Notes under the pieces: generated by a model
Seen by the model: the letters and a program-made list of their open reading frames with translations, nothing else
Told to the model about the DNA's origin: nothing
The model's database searches: none
Made by a program: the position numbers and the translations under genes
Part shown: in pieces, positions 30,986 to 38,706 of the stretch
Numbering within the stretch: position 1 is the first letter of the stretch
Layout of the letters: each line of letters opens with the position of its first letter
From: a bacterium
Lineage (GTDB): Bacteria; Patescibacteriota; Saccharimonadia; Saccharimonadales; DATKHC01
DNA length: 64,000 nt
Reading direction: 5' to 3'
NCBI GenBank assembly: GCA_021781215.1
Contig: JAJXXC010000004.1
Coordinates: 66,975-130,974 of the forward strand

Positions 30986-31213
30986 ATGAGCAATGCACAA
31001 GAACAAAAGTTGATGAAAGCCTTTGGTAAACGAATTTCTGAGGTTCGTAAAAGTCGTGGTGTTACACAACAACAGCTAGCTGAACATATAAATATGAGTG
31101 TTGTTGCTATCGCCTATATTGAAACTGGCAAGCGTTGGGCACGACTTGGAACGTTGAATAAGATAGCCAAAAGCCTGAAAGTAACTGTAGCTAACTTATT
31201 TGAAGGAATATAA
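30986..31213 (+). CDS. XRE-family helix-turn-helix regulator
   Basis: 75 aa with a typical Cro/CI HTH (RGVTQQQLAEHINMSVVAIAYIETGKR). Confidence 0.8.
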   Translation: MSNAQEQKLMKAFGKRISEVRKSRGVTQQQLAEHINMSVVAIAYIETGKRWARLGTLNKIAKSLKVTVANLFEGI

Positions 31214-31218
31214 ATTCC

Positions 31219-31653
31219 CTATTTTGTAAACATGTCTGTTTCAAGCTTAACGCTTTGTGTTTCTTGATAAGTTTTAGTGATGATAAGCCGTTTGATGAGC
31301 CGATATTCTTTGGCTCTCTGTGCACTTCTTTCAAGTTTGTCTTGACGATCAATCCACCAACGAGATGTTTGAACATCGTGTTGCTTTTCAATAGCATCCT
31401 TAACAACTAAGTTGGCAAAGATTGTGGTTTCATTCTGGGCAATAGTCATTTTGTCCGAAAATCTTTTATTACTAGCAAGTTCCTTGTAGTAAGTTGAAGT
31501 ACTGACACCAGATAGGACACAGGCACCACTAACGTTCATACCTTTCCTAAAACAATCAACTAGTTCTCGGACAACCACTGGCGTTATTGCTTTGGGTCGT
31601 CCAACGCTTTTACTAGGATTGTTTATCGCGAGTTGTTGTGACTGATTTATCAT
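31219..31653 (-). CDS. HTH protein resembling a phage terminase small subunit or excisionase-type DNA-binding protein
   Basis: 144 aa with an N-terminal GRPKAITP..HTH (GACVLSGVSTSTYYK) and a C-terminal SRWWIDRQ motif, as in small-terminase-like HTH proteins. Function is not proven. Confidence 0.5.
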   Translation of the reverse strand: MINQSQQLAINNPSKSVGRPKAITPVVVRELVDCFRKGMNVSGACVLSGVSTSTYYKELASNKRFSDKMTIAQNETTIFANLVVKDAIEKQHDVQTSRWWIDRQDKLERSAQRAKEYRLIKRLIITKTYQETQSVKLETDMFTK

Positions 31654-31706
31654 AGTCTTATTGTAACAAGATTCGCTGGTATGATGTAGTATTGGCTAAA
31701 GCTATA

Positions 31707-33290
31707 CTACCTAGCAGGCTGATCATTGACTTCTTTTTCAATGATCAGCATCTTGTTAAAGCTTCTCTCGACACTCTCAATAAATGTGTCTATTACTATG
31801 GGGAAGTCATCTTGTTTAACTACAGCACCGTCGTATATTTGTTCCATTATTATAGTTCTATTTTGGTTAGGAAAAGATATTTTTGTATATTCAATTTTTT
31901 TCTTGCGTGAAGCAGTATAATATGGTTTATTTGCCATCGCCACTCCAAAGCCAAAGTCCATTATTATCTTTGCCATCTTGACACTGTGTATCCTGAGAGT
32001 TCTATCATCGGGCTTATCCAAAGCCATAACCTCTACCTTTATAGCCTCAAGCTTTGATTTGTATTCTCTATTCAGAAGCAAGGTAAGTAGAGTGCCGGGT
32101 TTTGGGAACTCTTTTTCATCAAAGCTAATGTCTTTTCCATAAAGTAAAACCCCGTCCGACCAAATAATAAACCGGTCTTTTTTATAAATTTCTGAGAACA
32201 GATCAGCCTCATTAATAAAGGTTGCATCTACCGGGTATTCTCCAAAAGTTTTTGAATAGCCATTAGTAATTATATAAAAGTTTATATCTGATATATGAGC
32301 CTTAAACTCATTTCTAGCAGCACTTCCCACTAGATAGATCGATACCACAATATTGCCTAGTTCTTTTTCTGCAAACTCAACCATTGGATAGACCATAAGG
32401 TCAAGGGGCGACTTAATTTTGTCCTTACTCGCCTTATTCTCAATGTTCATAGAACCCAAAAACTCAGTATACTTAACCATAATTTTGGCTAACTCAATTG
32501 GATTAGTTTCAATTTTGAAATGCTTAATCAGTGCATCGGCCATCCTTTCGACGGTATATTCAATTTCAGTTATAGTTTTTTGCTGTTTTTTAACTAACTC
32601 TGATCTCAATTTATCATAGGCATCCTTACCTAGCTTCTCCATTCTAGTCTTACCATCCTCTGTTAGTTGCTGAGTAGGTGTTGGTTGAAGCATAATTTTA
32701 GACATTCTTATCTTTTGATAATCACTATTGAGAGCTAGTCTACTTGCAAAGTGATGATGCTGTGTTCTTCTTTTTAGTACAACACCTATTGGGTTATCAG
32801 ATTGTTCCAGCTTCTTTAGCAGTTCGTATACACCTATTTCCCCTAACTTGTCTTTATTCTTTTTGAGAAAACTAGCAAGCCTCATATTTTCTGGTTCAGA
32901 ATAAGCTTTCGGGAAAGGAGGCTCGGCAAACATAAGGTCTAGTAGTCTTAATAATTTGTCTTTGAACTGATGAACGAGATCAAGGAATATGCCATTGTAG
33001 TAGTTAATTAAGTCTTCTGGTTCATGAGTCTTGTGTTTAGTAGTAAGTTTTTCGTTGACGTTTGCAATTAGTTCGGATGTTAGTTTAAGTTCATTCAAAA
33101 CCCTTTCAATTTCACCAGCATATATATACCGATTCTCAAAGACCTTACGCTCAAAGGTTATTCTTTCAATAGCAGCATAGCCCGGTTCATCCATCTCTTT
33201 CTGAAGGTTGAGCATAAGTAAGCTCTGCCTTAACTTGGAGAACTCAGTATCTGGTACTCTTCTACTATTGACTGATACTTCTTCACCCAT
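31707..33290 (-). CDS. nucleotidyltransferase-fold protein with a long helical N-terminal region (possible HEPN-NTase-HEPN architecture)
   Basis: 527 aa with a minimal-NTase signature at aa 319-340, YLVGSAARNEFKAHISDINFYI (GS-x11-D-I-N). Rx4H motifs occur at aa 174-180 (RRTQHHH) and aa 430-435 (RTLRIH). Domain calls rest on motifs only. Confidence 0.55.
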   Translation of the reverse strand: MGEEVSVNSRRVPDTEFSKLRQSLLMLNLQKEMDEPGYAAIERITFERKVFENRYIYAGEIERVLNELKLTSELIANVNEKLTTKHKTHEPEDLINYYNGIFLDLVHQFKDKLLRLLDLMFAEPPFPKAYSEPENMRLASFLKKNKDKLGEIGVYELLKKLEQSDNPIGVVLKRRTQHHHFASRLALNSDYQKIRMSKIMLQPTPTQQLTEDGKTRMEKLGKDAYDKLRSELVKKQQKTITEIEYTVERMADALIKHFKIETNPIELAKIMVKYTEFLGSMNIENKASKDKIKSPLDLMVYPMVEFAEKELGNIVVSIYLVGSAARNEFKAHISDINFYIITNGYSKTFGEYPVDATFINEADLFSEIYKKDRFIIWSDGVLLYGKDISFDEKEFPKPGTLLTLLLNREYKSKLEAIKVEVMALDKPDDRTLRIHSVKMAKIIMDFGFGVAMANKPYYTASRKKKIEYTKISFPNQNRTIIMEQIYDGAVVKQDDFPIVIDTFIESVERSFNKMLIIEKEVNDQPAR

Positions 33291-33305
33291 AAACTTAGCT
33301 CTTTA

Positions 33306-33647
33306 TTATTTCTGTTTCTTTAACACAAGCCTTATTTTGTTTGGCTTTTTCTTCACTAGCCTGATAATGGCTTTATCTTGACTAAAGACGTTTTGCATTG
33401 CCCTGCTTATTACCACATCTAGGTTCAATCTTGCATTGGTTACTGATATTCTTTCAATATATAGGTTGTTACGCCCTTTGTCTGTGGCTAAACTTAGTGT
33501 CATTACTGAGCCATCATCTAATACAATCTCACCATTGTTACCGCTAGCGTCACCAATTTCAATCTCACTTAAGACAGATAATAAATCAGTGATACTCTTT
33601 AGCATTGTTTTTTGTTTACTGGACACTAATGTTTTGTTATAACTCAT
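33306..33647 (-). CDS. hypothetical 113-aa protein, first gene of the NTase operon
   Basis: ORF lies 15 nt upstream of the 527-aa gene on the same strand and has a lysine-rich C-terminus. No recognisable motif. Confidence 0.45.
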   Translation of the reverse strand: MSYNKTLVSSKQKTMLKSITDLLSVLSEIEIGDASGNNGEIVLDDGSVMTLSLATDKGRNNLYIERISVTNARLNLDVVISRAMQNVFSQDKAIIRLVKKKPNKIRLVLKKQK

Positions 33648-33805
33648 AGATTACCCCTCGTTGATACCTATATTTTATAATACTTGCGTTATTGCCGCTA
33701 ATTAAGTCATTTAGCATTTGCCCAAACTTATGCAAGCCAGCCATAACATCAGCACATGTGATATGCTCGGCATTACTAGGTACTGGTTCAAATTGAGTTT
33801 CATTT

Positions 33806-33822
33806 TCCCAGCCACAAGAGAT
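33806..33822 (+). repeat. att-like copy of the tRNA-Gln 3' terminus (candidate attR)
   Basis: TCCCAGCCAcaAGAGAT compared with TCCCAGCCAAGAGAT at 25761-25775. Confidence 0.45.
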
Positions 33823-34045
33823 TCGATCTTAAGCCAAATATCTAGTCACGACATCGTAAAACGTCCTCGACCGTCACCCACAGCAATCATGGATTCGAAC
33901 GTAAGTCAAACATGTAGTATGGTAAATGTATTTTTAGATCTAGTTACTCCGCAGAAATTTTACTTGTTAAAAATTATACGGAAGTTCAATTCCCTAGACT
34001 CCAAAATTTAATATCTATACTATTGGAGTAAACTAGGAGAATAAT

Positions 34046-34756
34046 ATGAGTCACGAGGCAAAAATTCACGAAGCACAGACAAAAATTTTACGAGAACTTT
34101 TATTCTTACCCAAAGCAAATTTCGCATTACTCCAAAAGGCCACAGGTCTAGAGGGTGACCATGCCAAATTCCATATTAAGCGATTAGTTGAGCTTGAATA
34201 TCTTAGCAAATCAAATGGCACCTATTCGCTCAGTATACGTGGTAAGGAATATGCAAATAAGCTTGATACTGACGTCAACACTATAGAACGCCAACCAAAA
34301 AGTACTACAATTTTGATAATTTGTCGTACGAAAAATGGCAAAAAAGAATACATCGCCCAAGAACGTCTAAAAAATCCATACTTTGGTTTTTGGGGTTTCC
34401 CAAGCGGTAAGATTCGCTGGGGTGAATCAATTTACGAAACTGCTGAACGTGAAATGACTGAAGAAACTGGATTATCTGGTGGTAAATGGGAGCATCGCGG
34501 AATTTATCACGAGAGAGTTCGTCACACAAACACAAAAGAAATTATAGAAGATAAGATTTTTCACATTATGTACACCGAGCACATATCAGGTGAATTAATT
34601 GAAAAATTTGAGGGTGGTAGAAATAAATGGATGGAACTAGAAGATATAAAGAAAAATCCTAAACATTACAAAAGCTTTGATATCGAAGCAGAGTTCGCTA
34701 TGCACCCTATCCCATTCATCGAAGCTCTTGACGAATACGACGACGGACAATTTTAA
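34046..34756 (+). CDS. NUDIX hydrolase with an N-terminal winged-helix domain
   Basis: 236 aa with a Nudix box GKIRWGESIYETAEREMTEETGL (GX5EX7REUXEEXGU) and an N-terminal wHTH-like region. Confidence 0.85.
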   Translation: MSHEAKIHEAQTKILRELLFLPKANFALLQKATGLEGDHAKFHIKRLVELEYLSKSNGTYSLSIRGKEYANKLDTDVNTIERQPKSTTILIICRTKNGKKEYIAQERLKNPYFGFWGFPSGKIRWGESIYETAEREMTEETGLSGGKWEHRGIYHERVRHTNTKEIIEDKIFHIMYTEHISGELIEKFEGGRNKWMELEDIKKNPKHYKSFDIEAEFAMHPIPFIEALDEYDDGQF

Positions 34757-34771
34757 TAACACTGTTGGAAT

Positions 34772-34878
34772 CTTATGCTATGCAAAAAAATCTAGACCGA
34801 CATACTCAGCCAATTTGGTAATATATAATCGCAATAACTTCTTAGTCTGAGCGGAAAACTACACCCAAGAGCCTTAGT
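34772..34878 (+). repeat. intergenic mosaic repeat, copy C (3' part of the unit plus the restart AGAGCCTTAGT)
   Basis: CTTATGCTA..AAATCTAGACCGACATACTCAGCCAATTTGGTAATATATAATCGCAATAACTTCTTAG aligns to copy A. AGAGCCTTAGT at 34868-34878 matches 37819-37829. Confidence 0.7.
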
Positions 34879-34892
34879 GTTACAATTTATAT

Positions 34893-35231
34893 ATGGCAAC
34901 GAATAAAACAAAAACATGGAAACCGACAGCAGCAGGAATTATGAGCCTAATAGTCGGCACTTTTACTGTTTACTATCACACGTTTGGCACTTTTACCAAT
35001 CACTGGCACATCCTTAATCTGATCATTCCCGACATCATAGGTCTTATTGCGTTAGTCGGTGGATTTTATGCTATTAAGCGGCACAGATGGGTAGTGGCAG
35101 TAGCCGGTGCAGTTTGTACTATGTATCCACCCCATCCATGGGGCAGTTTAGTATGGACTCCTGTTCTAGGCGTTATTGGTATCGTTCTTCTGATGCAATC
35201 TAAAAAAGAGTTTTCTGATGAAGAACAATAA
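34893..35231 (+). CDS. hypothetical small membrane protein (3 predicted TM helices)
   Basis: 112 aa with hydrophobic segments; no recognisable motif. Confidence 0.5.
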   Translation: MATNKTKTWKPTAAGIMSLIVGTFTVYYHTFGTFTNHWHILNLIIPDIIGLIALVGGFYAIKRHRWVVAVAGAVCTMYPPHPWGSLVWTPVLGVIGIVLLMQSKKEFSDEEQ

Positions 35232-35433
35232 ATTACTCGGTATCCCGACAGTTATATGGCTCCTTCAGCTGTTATATGTTGCTTTAGCACTTGGGTTATT
35301 TGCAATCCTATCACTCAAGCTACATAAGCAGGTACATCAACTGGCGTTTCAGCTTGAGTATGTCTTCATTATGGTCGTTATCAACATTGCTTGGCGTGTG
35401 ATTATCAAAATGAAAAATCCGGATTGGTTTTAA
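35218..35433 (+). CDS. hypothetical small membrane protein
   Basis: 71 aa with two hydrophobic segments; overlaps the upstream ORF by 14 nt. Confidence 0.4.
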   Translation: MKNNKLLGIPTVIWLLQLLYVALALGLFAILSLKLHKQVHQLAFQLEYVFIMVVINIAWRVIIKMKNPDWF

Positions 35434-35436
35434 ACA

Positions 35437-35565
35437 CTTATGCTAACAGAGCTTTCACACTCGCCATCGACACAGGGTCTACAATAAGAGTCAAAGTTCT
35501 GAAATCCGACCATGGTCCCAACCAATTTGGTAATATACAACCACGGTAACTTCTTAGCCCCAAGC
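35437..35565 (+). repeat. intergenic mosaic repeat, copy A (most complete unit)
   Basis: The 5' and middle parts (AGAGCTTTCACACTCGCCATCGA..GTCAAAGTTCTGAAATCCGACCATGGTCCCAACCA) share sequence with copy B. The flank and 3' part (CTTATGCTA, ..CCAATTTGGTAATATACAACCACGGTAACTTCTTAG) share sequence with copy C. Confidence 0.7.
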
Positions 35566-35635
35566 TGTCTTTTGTCTCATACTAATATGGTTTCCCATAT
35601 TTGATAAAACTTGTATTATTAGCAAAGAGAAATAC

Positions 35636-35992
35636 ATGGCAGACATCACAATTGAAAATGACGAATTGATTTTGAAGCTTTCAGCAGTAGAAAAAGCTGA
35701 AGCAGTACACGGCGACCTTCGTGTCCCACTTTCGGAGGTTCAAAAAGTCGAAGTAATAGATGATGCTCTAGAGATGACTCGCATCAAAACAGGATTCAAG
35801 GTCGGAATGAGGGCGCCTGGTTATGCAAGCGTAGCCGTTATCCGTCGTCCAAGATATAAAGCCTTTGTTGCAGTACACCATGATACACCTAAAGCAATTC
35901 GTGTTACCTTAGCAAGTGATTCATATAACGAATGGGTAGTAGGTGTTGCTAACCCAGAGTCAGTACTAGCCAGCCTAAATCTAAAAAAGTAA
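35636..35992 (+). CDS. hypothetical 118-aa soluble protein
   Basis: Clean ORF with locally higher GC and no firm motif. Confidence 0.5.
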   Translation: MADITIENDELILKLSAVEKAEAVHGDLRVPLSEVQKVEVIDDALEMTRIKTGFKVGMRAPGYASVAVIRRPRYKAFVAVHHDTPKAIRVTLASDSYNEWVVGVANPESVLASLNLKK

Positions 35993-36008
35993 CTAATAGT
36001 TAAGATTA

Positions 36009-36094
36009 GGCCAGAAGAGCCTTCACTCTCACCATTGATTCTGAGTCAATAGTAAGGGTCAAAGTTCGAAAATCCGACCTTGGTCTCAGCCAAG
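36009..36094 (+). repeat. intergenic mosaic repeat, copy B; tRNA-Gln-like relic
   Basis: Contains a 5-bp stem with a 7-nt loop, ATTGA-TTCTGAG-TCAAT (36034-36050), with CTG at the anticodon position. Downstream come GTTCGAAAATCC (T-loop-like) and TCTCAGCCAAG (36084-36094), compared with the tRNA TCCCAGCCAAG. The 5' edge GGCCAGA is nearly complementary to the 3' edge TCTCAGCC. Confidence 0.6.
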
Positions 36095-36281
36095 CATAAA
36101 CATTTAGAACACGCTAATGGCATTTAAGCGTTCACGGAACAAAGCATATGTAATGATAACAAAACCTCTACCTTTAAATAGGACAGCAGTCTTCCTTTAA
36201 CTTATATGCACCCCTATTACATCGGCTCAAATATATAACTTTTTACCACGTACACAAGTTTTTTTGGTATGATTTAGCTAA

Positions 36282-37007
36282 ATGACATCGGCAGTAAAAA
36301 TAAATAATCTATCTGTGGTTCTAGGGGGTCAAGTTAATGCCCTAAAGCATATCAACCTAGAAGTCCCCGAAGGTAAGATTACTGGTTTTATCGGACCATC
36401 GGGAGCGGGCAAGACTACTTTAATAAGATGTATAGTCGGCAGACTAGCAATACCCAAGGGATCAGTAGAGGTTTTTGGGTTGACGTCCGGTTCACCGAAA
36501 CTTCGTAGTAGGGTTTCGTATATGACCCAGGAATTATCGGTATATACGGACTTGACTGTAATTGAAAATCTTACATATTTTTCTAGAATGATTGGTCAAT
36601 CTAGGCGTGAAACAATCGACACCGTGAAAGATATTCTACAAACTATTAATATGTCTGATAAGGCGACTACATTGGTCGGTTGCTTATCTGGAGGACAAAA
36701 GCAAAGAGTGTCTTTAGCGATAGCTCTTATCGGTAAGCCAAAGTTAATGGTATTGGACGAGCCTACAATTGGTCTCGATCCGGCTCTTAGAGAAAATCTA
36801 TGGCAGCTTTTTTACAAAATTGCTGCAAGTGGTACGACACTCATAATCTCGAGTCACTCCATGGACGAAGCTAGAAGATGCGACGAATTGGTTTTGCTCC
36901 GTGAAGGAAAAGTAATCGCTTACGATTCCCCAAAAGAGCTACTTCACAAGACAGAAACTAAATCCGTAGAAGAGGCATTTTTAAAGCTAGTAAGTGAGAA
37001 ATCATGA
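36282..37007 (+). CDS. ABC transporter ATP-binding protein (ABC-2/DrrA-like)
   Basis: 241 aa with Walker A GPSGAGKTT, signature LSGGQKQR, and Walker B MVLDEP. Confidence 0.9.
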   Translation: MTSAVKINNLSVVLGGQVNALKHINLEVPEGKITGFIGPSGAGKTTLIRCIVGRLAIPKGSVEVFGLTSGSPKLRSRVSYMTQELSVYTDLTVIENLTYFSRMIGQSRRETIDTVKDILQTINMSDKATTLVGCLSGGQKQRVSLAIALIGKPKLMVLDEPTIGLDPALRENLWQLFYKIAASGTTLIISSHSMDEARRCDELVLLREGKVIAYDSPKELLHKTETKSVEEAFLKLVSEKS

Positions 37008-37744
37008 CTCTGATCAAAACATTCAGTACGGCCGGACGAGTATTACGTCAGCTTAAACACGACCCACGCACATTGTTTTTGTTATTTATTGTGCCCTCCG
37101 TCTTAATTATTGTTCTAAAATATGTATTTAACTCTAGAGCAGAGTCATTCAATTCCATTGCACCAATGCTTCTCGGAATCTTTCCTATGGTTATGATGTT
37201 TTTGATAACCTCAATAGCTACACTGAGAGAACGCCGAAGTGGGACGCTCGACAGACTTATGACAATGCCTATATCAAAGCTCGATTTCGTCCTGGGCTAC
37301 GCCATCGCCTTTTCGACCGTAGCCTTGCTCCAGGCGATAATTACAACCACAGTTATGCTAGGACTCTTACACGTACCGGTTATGGGCGGTACTTTTGCTA
37401 CTATTGTCGGTGCTGTATTTGCTGCTCTGCTGGGGACGGCTCTCGGTTTATTCTCCAGTGCTTTCGCAATGACCGAATTTCAAGCCATTCAGTTTATGCC
37501 AGCTTTCATCTTTCCCCAATTGCTCGTTTGTGGACTATTTGTAGCAAGAGATCAAATGACTAAAGTACTGCAATGGTTTGCCGATATTGTTCCCCTAACT
37601 TACAGCGTAGATGCCATGAAACAAGTAACAACTCAATCCAATTGGACTTATATACATACCAAAGATTTAATTATAGTAGCCTGTTTTACTATTGCAGCCC
37701 TCGTTCTCGGATCGATTACTATTCGTCGTCAATCAAAACCTTGA
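37004..37744 (+). CDS. ABC-2 type transporter permease
   Basis: 246 aa with about 6 TM segments; 4-nt overlap with the ATPase gene. Confidence 0.8.
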   Translation: MTLIKTFSTAGRVLRQLKHDPRTLFLLFIVPSVLIIVLKYVFNSRAESFNSIAPMLLGIFPMVMMFLITSIATLRERRSGTLDRLMTMPISKLDFVLGYAIAFSTVALLQAIITTTVMLGLLHVPVMGGTFATIVGAVFAALLGTALGLFSSAFAMTEFQAIQFMPAFIFPQLLVCGLFVARDQMTKVLQWFADIVPLTYSVDAMKQVTTQSNWTYIHTKDLIIVACFTIAALVLGSITIRRQSKP

Positions 37745-37806
37745 GTACGTTATAGTCATTACTGACATGGTACTAAAACTAGAATACTCATAAAATAGTA
37801 ATACAC

Positions 37807-37829
37807 GGCCAGACCAGTAGAGCCTTAGT
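37807..37829 (+). repeat. intergenic mosaic repeat, copy D (5' edge only)
   Basis: GGCCAGAccagtAGAGCCTTAGT matches the copy B 5' edge (GGCCAGAAGAGCCTT) and the copy C restart (AGAGCCTTAGT). Confidence 0.5.
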
Positions 37830-37900
37830 TTAACTGCTGCATAGATACTTCTGTCTATCTGATCACAGACATGCCGGTATAACCAATATACACTGAGTGT

Positions 37901-38293
37901 ATGAAATATTTTGTTAATAATATAAGCGAACTAACCAACGAAAATTCCGATTATCGACGGGTTATTTATACTACCAACTACACTCAACTTGTTCTAATGA
38001 GTTTGTCACCTGGAATAGAAATTGGTAATGAGATTCACGGACTCGATCAATTTATAAGGATTGAGAGCGGTAAAGCAAAAGTTGTATTAAACAATGGAGA
38101 GAACGAATACGAGCTAAAAGATGATTGGGCGATTATCATTCCCGCAGGAACCTACCATAATCTTACCAATATAGGCGATAGTGAACTAAAACTCTATACT
38201 CTTTATTCACCCCCTAATCATCTTAAAGACACTATTCAGCCTACAAAAGCCGATGAAGTAGAAGATAAATTTGATGGCAAAATTACGATATAA
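37901..38293 (+). CDS. cupin domain protein
   Basis: 130 aa with a cupin-like pattern (G.EIGNEIHGLDQFIRIESG ... IIPAGTYHNLTNIG). Confidence 0.75.
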   Translation: MKYFVNNISELTNENSDYRRVIYTTNYTQLVLMSLSPGIEIGNEIHGLDQFIRIESGKAKVVLNNGENEYELKDDWAIIIPAGTYHNLTNIGDSELKLYTLYSPPNHLKDTIQPTKADEVEDKFDGKITI

Positions 38294-38419
38294 GTAGGTC
38301 TAAGATAATTTCGAACAAAGTGCCAAATAATTCAAACTGGCATGTTTATCAAGGGTTTACATAACAGAAACTATCAACTAAGATTTTACACTCTTAGTCC
38401 GTGATATTTTTCCCCACTA

Positions 38420-38587
38420 TTAACGACGCATCATGAACGCAACGTATAAAACTACATACACTAGAACAATTATAATATTAGCTATTAATCTTCCCCAGAA
38501 TCGATGCCTAAAGAAAAGAATATCTACAGCAACTACAGTAGCCACCATGGCCAAAACATAAACTACAGTTATCGCATTTTTATTCAT
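38420..38587 (-). CDS. possible 55-aa membrane peptide (below the ORF-track cutoff)
   Basis: Manual translation gives MNKNAITVVYVLAMVATVVAVDILFFRHRFWGRLIANIIIVLVYVVLYVAFMMRR*, with two hydrophobic helices. There is no homology evidence. Confidence 0.3.
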   Translation of the reverse strand: MNKNAITVVYVLAMVATVVAVDILFFRHRFWGRLIANIIIVLVYVVLYVAFMMRR

Positions 38588-38706
38588 TCTTTTATTATAC
38601 TCTTCAAAAAAAAAGAATGATATGTATTGCTAAAAAATTCGTAACAGTATGCTCAACCGGGTGATATTTCAGTGTATGATAGAAACATGGAACAAAGATT
38701 AAAATT

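Larger units (their letters stand above)
25757..33822. mobile_element. putative integrative element at the tRNA-Gln 3' end (about 8 kb)
   Basis: A recombinase abuts the tRNA. An imperfect direct repeat is present: TCCCAGCCA-AGAGAT (25761-25775) versus TCCCAGCCAcaAGAGAT (33806-33822). The cargo consists of non-housekeeping genes. Confidence 0.55.

Noticed and set aside
33885-33905. GGATTCGAAC (complement GTTCGAATCC), a T-loop-like motif suggesting a minus-strand tRNA
   Set aside because: The flanking bases cannot form a T stem or an acceptor stem (TTACG versus CCATG do not pair), and no cloverleaf could be built.
33718-34011. 97-aa + strand ORF in the 400-bp spacer after the island
   Set aside because: It has no RBS-like sequence or recognisable motif, and it spans the att-like repeat. 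It is treated as non-coding boundary sequence.
34772-37829. Interpretation of the repeat-separated single-gene modules as a classical integron cassette array with attC sites
   Set aside because: No IntI-type tyrosine integrase or attI is present; the only recombinase is a serine recombinase about 8 kb away. I could not find R''/R' (RYYYAAC/GTTRRRY) core pairs or attC-like imperfect palindromes in the repeats.
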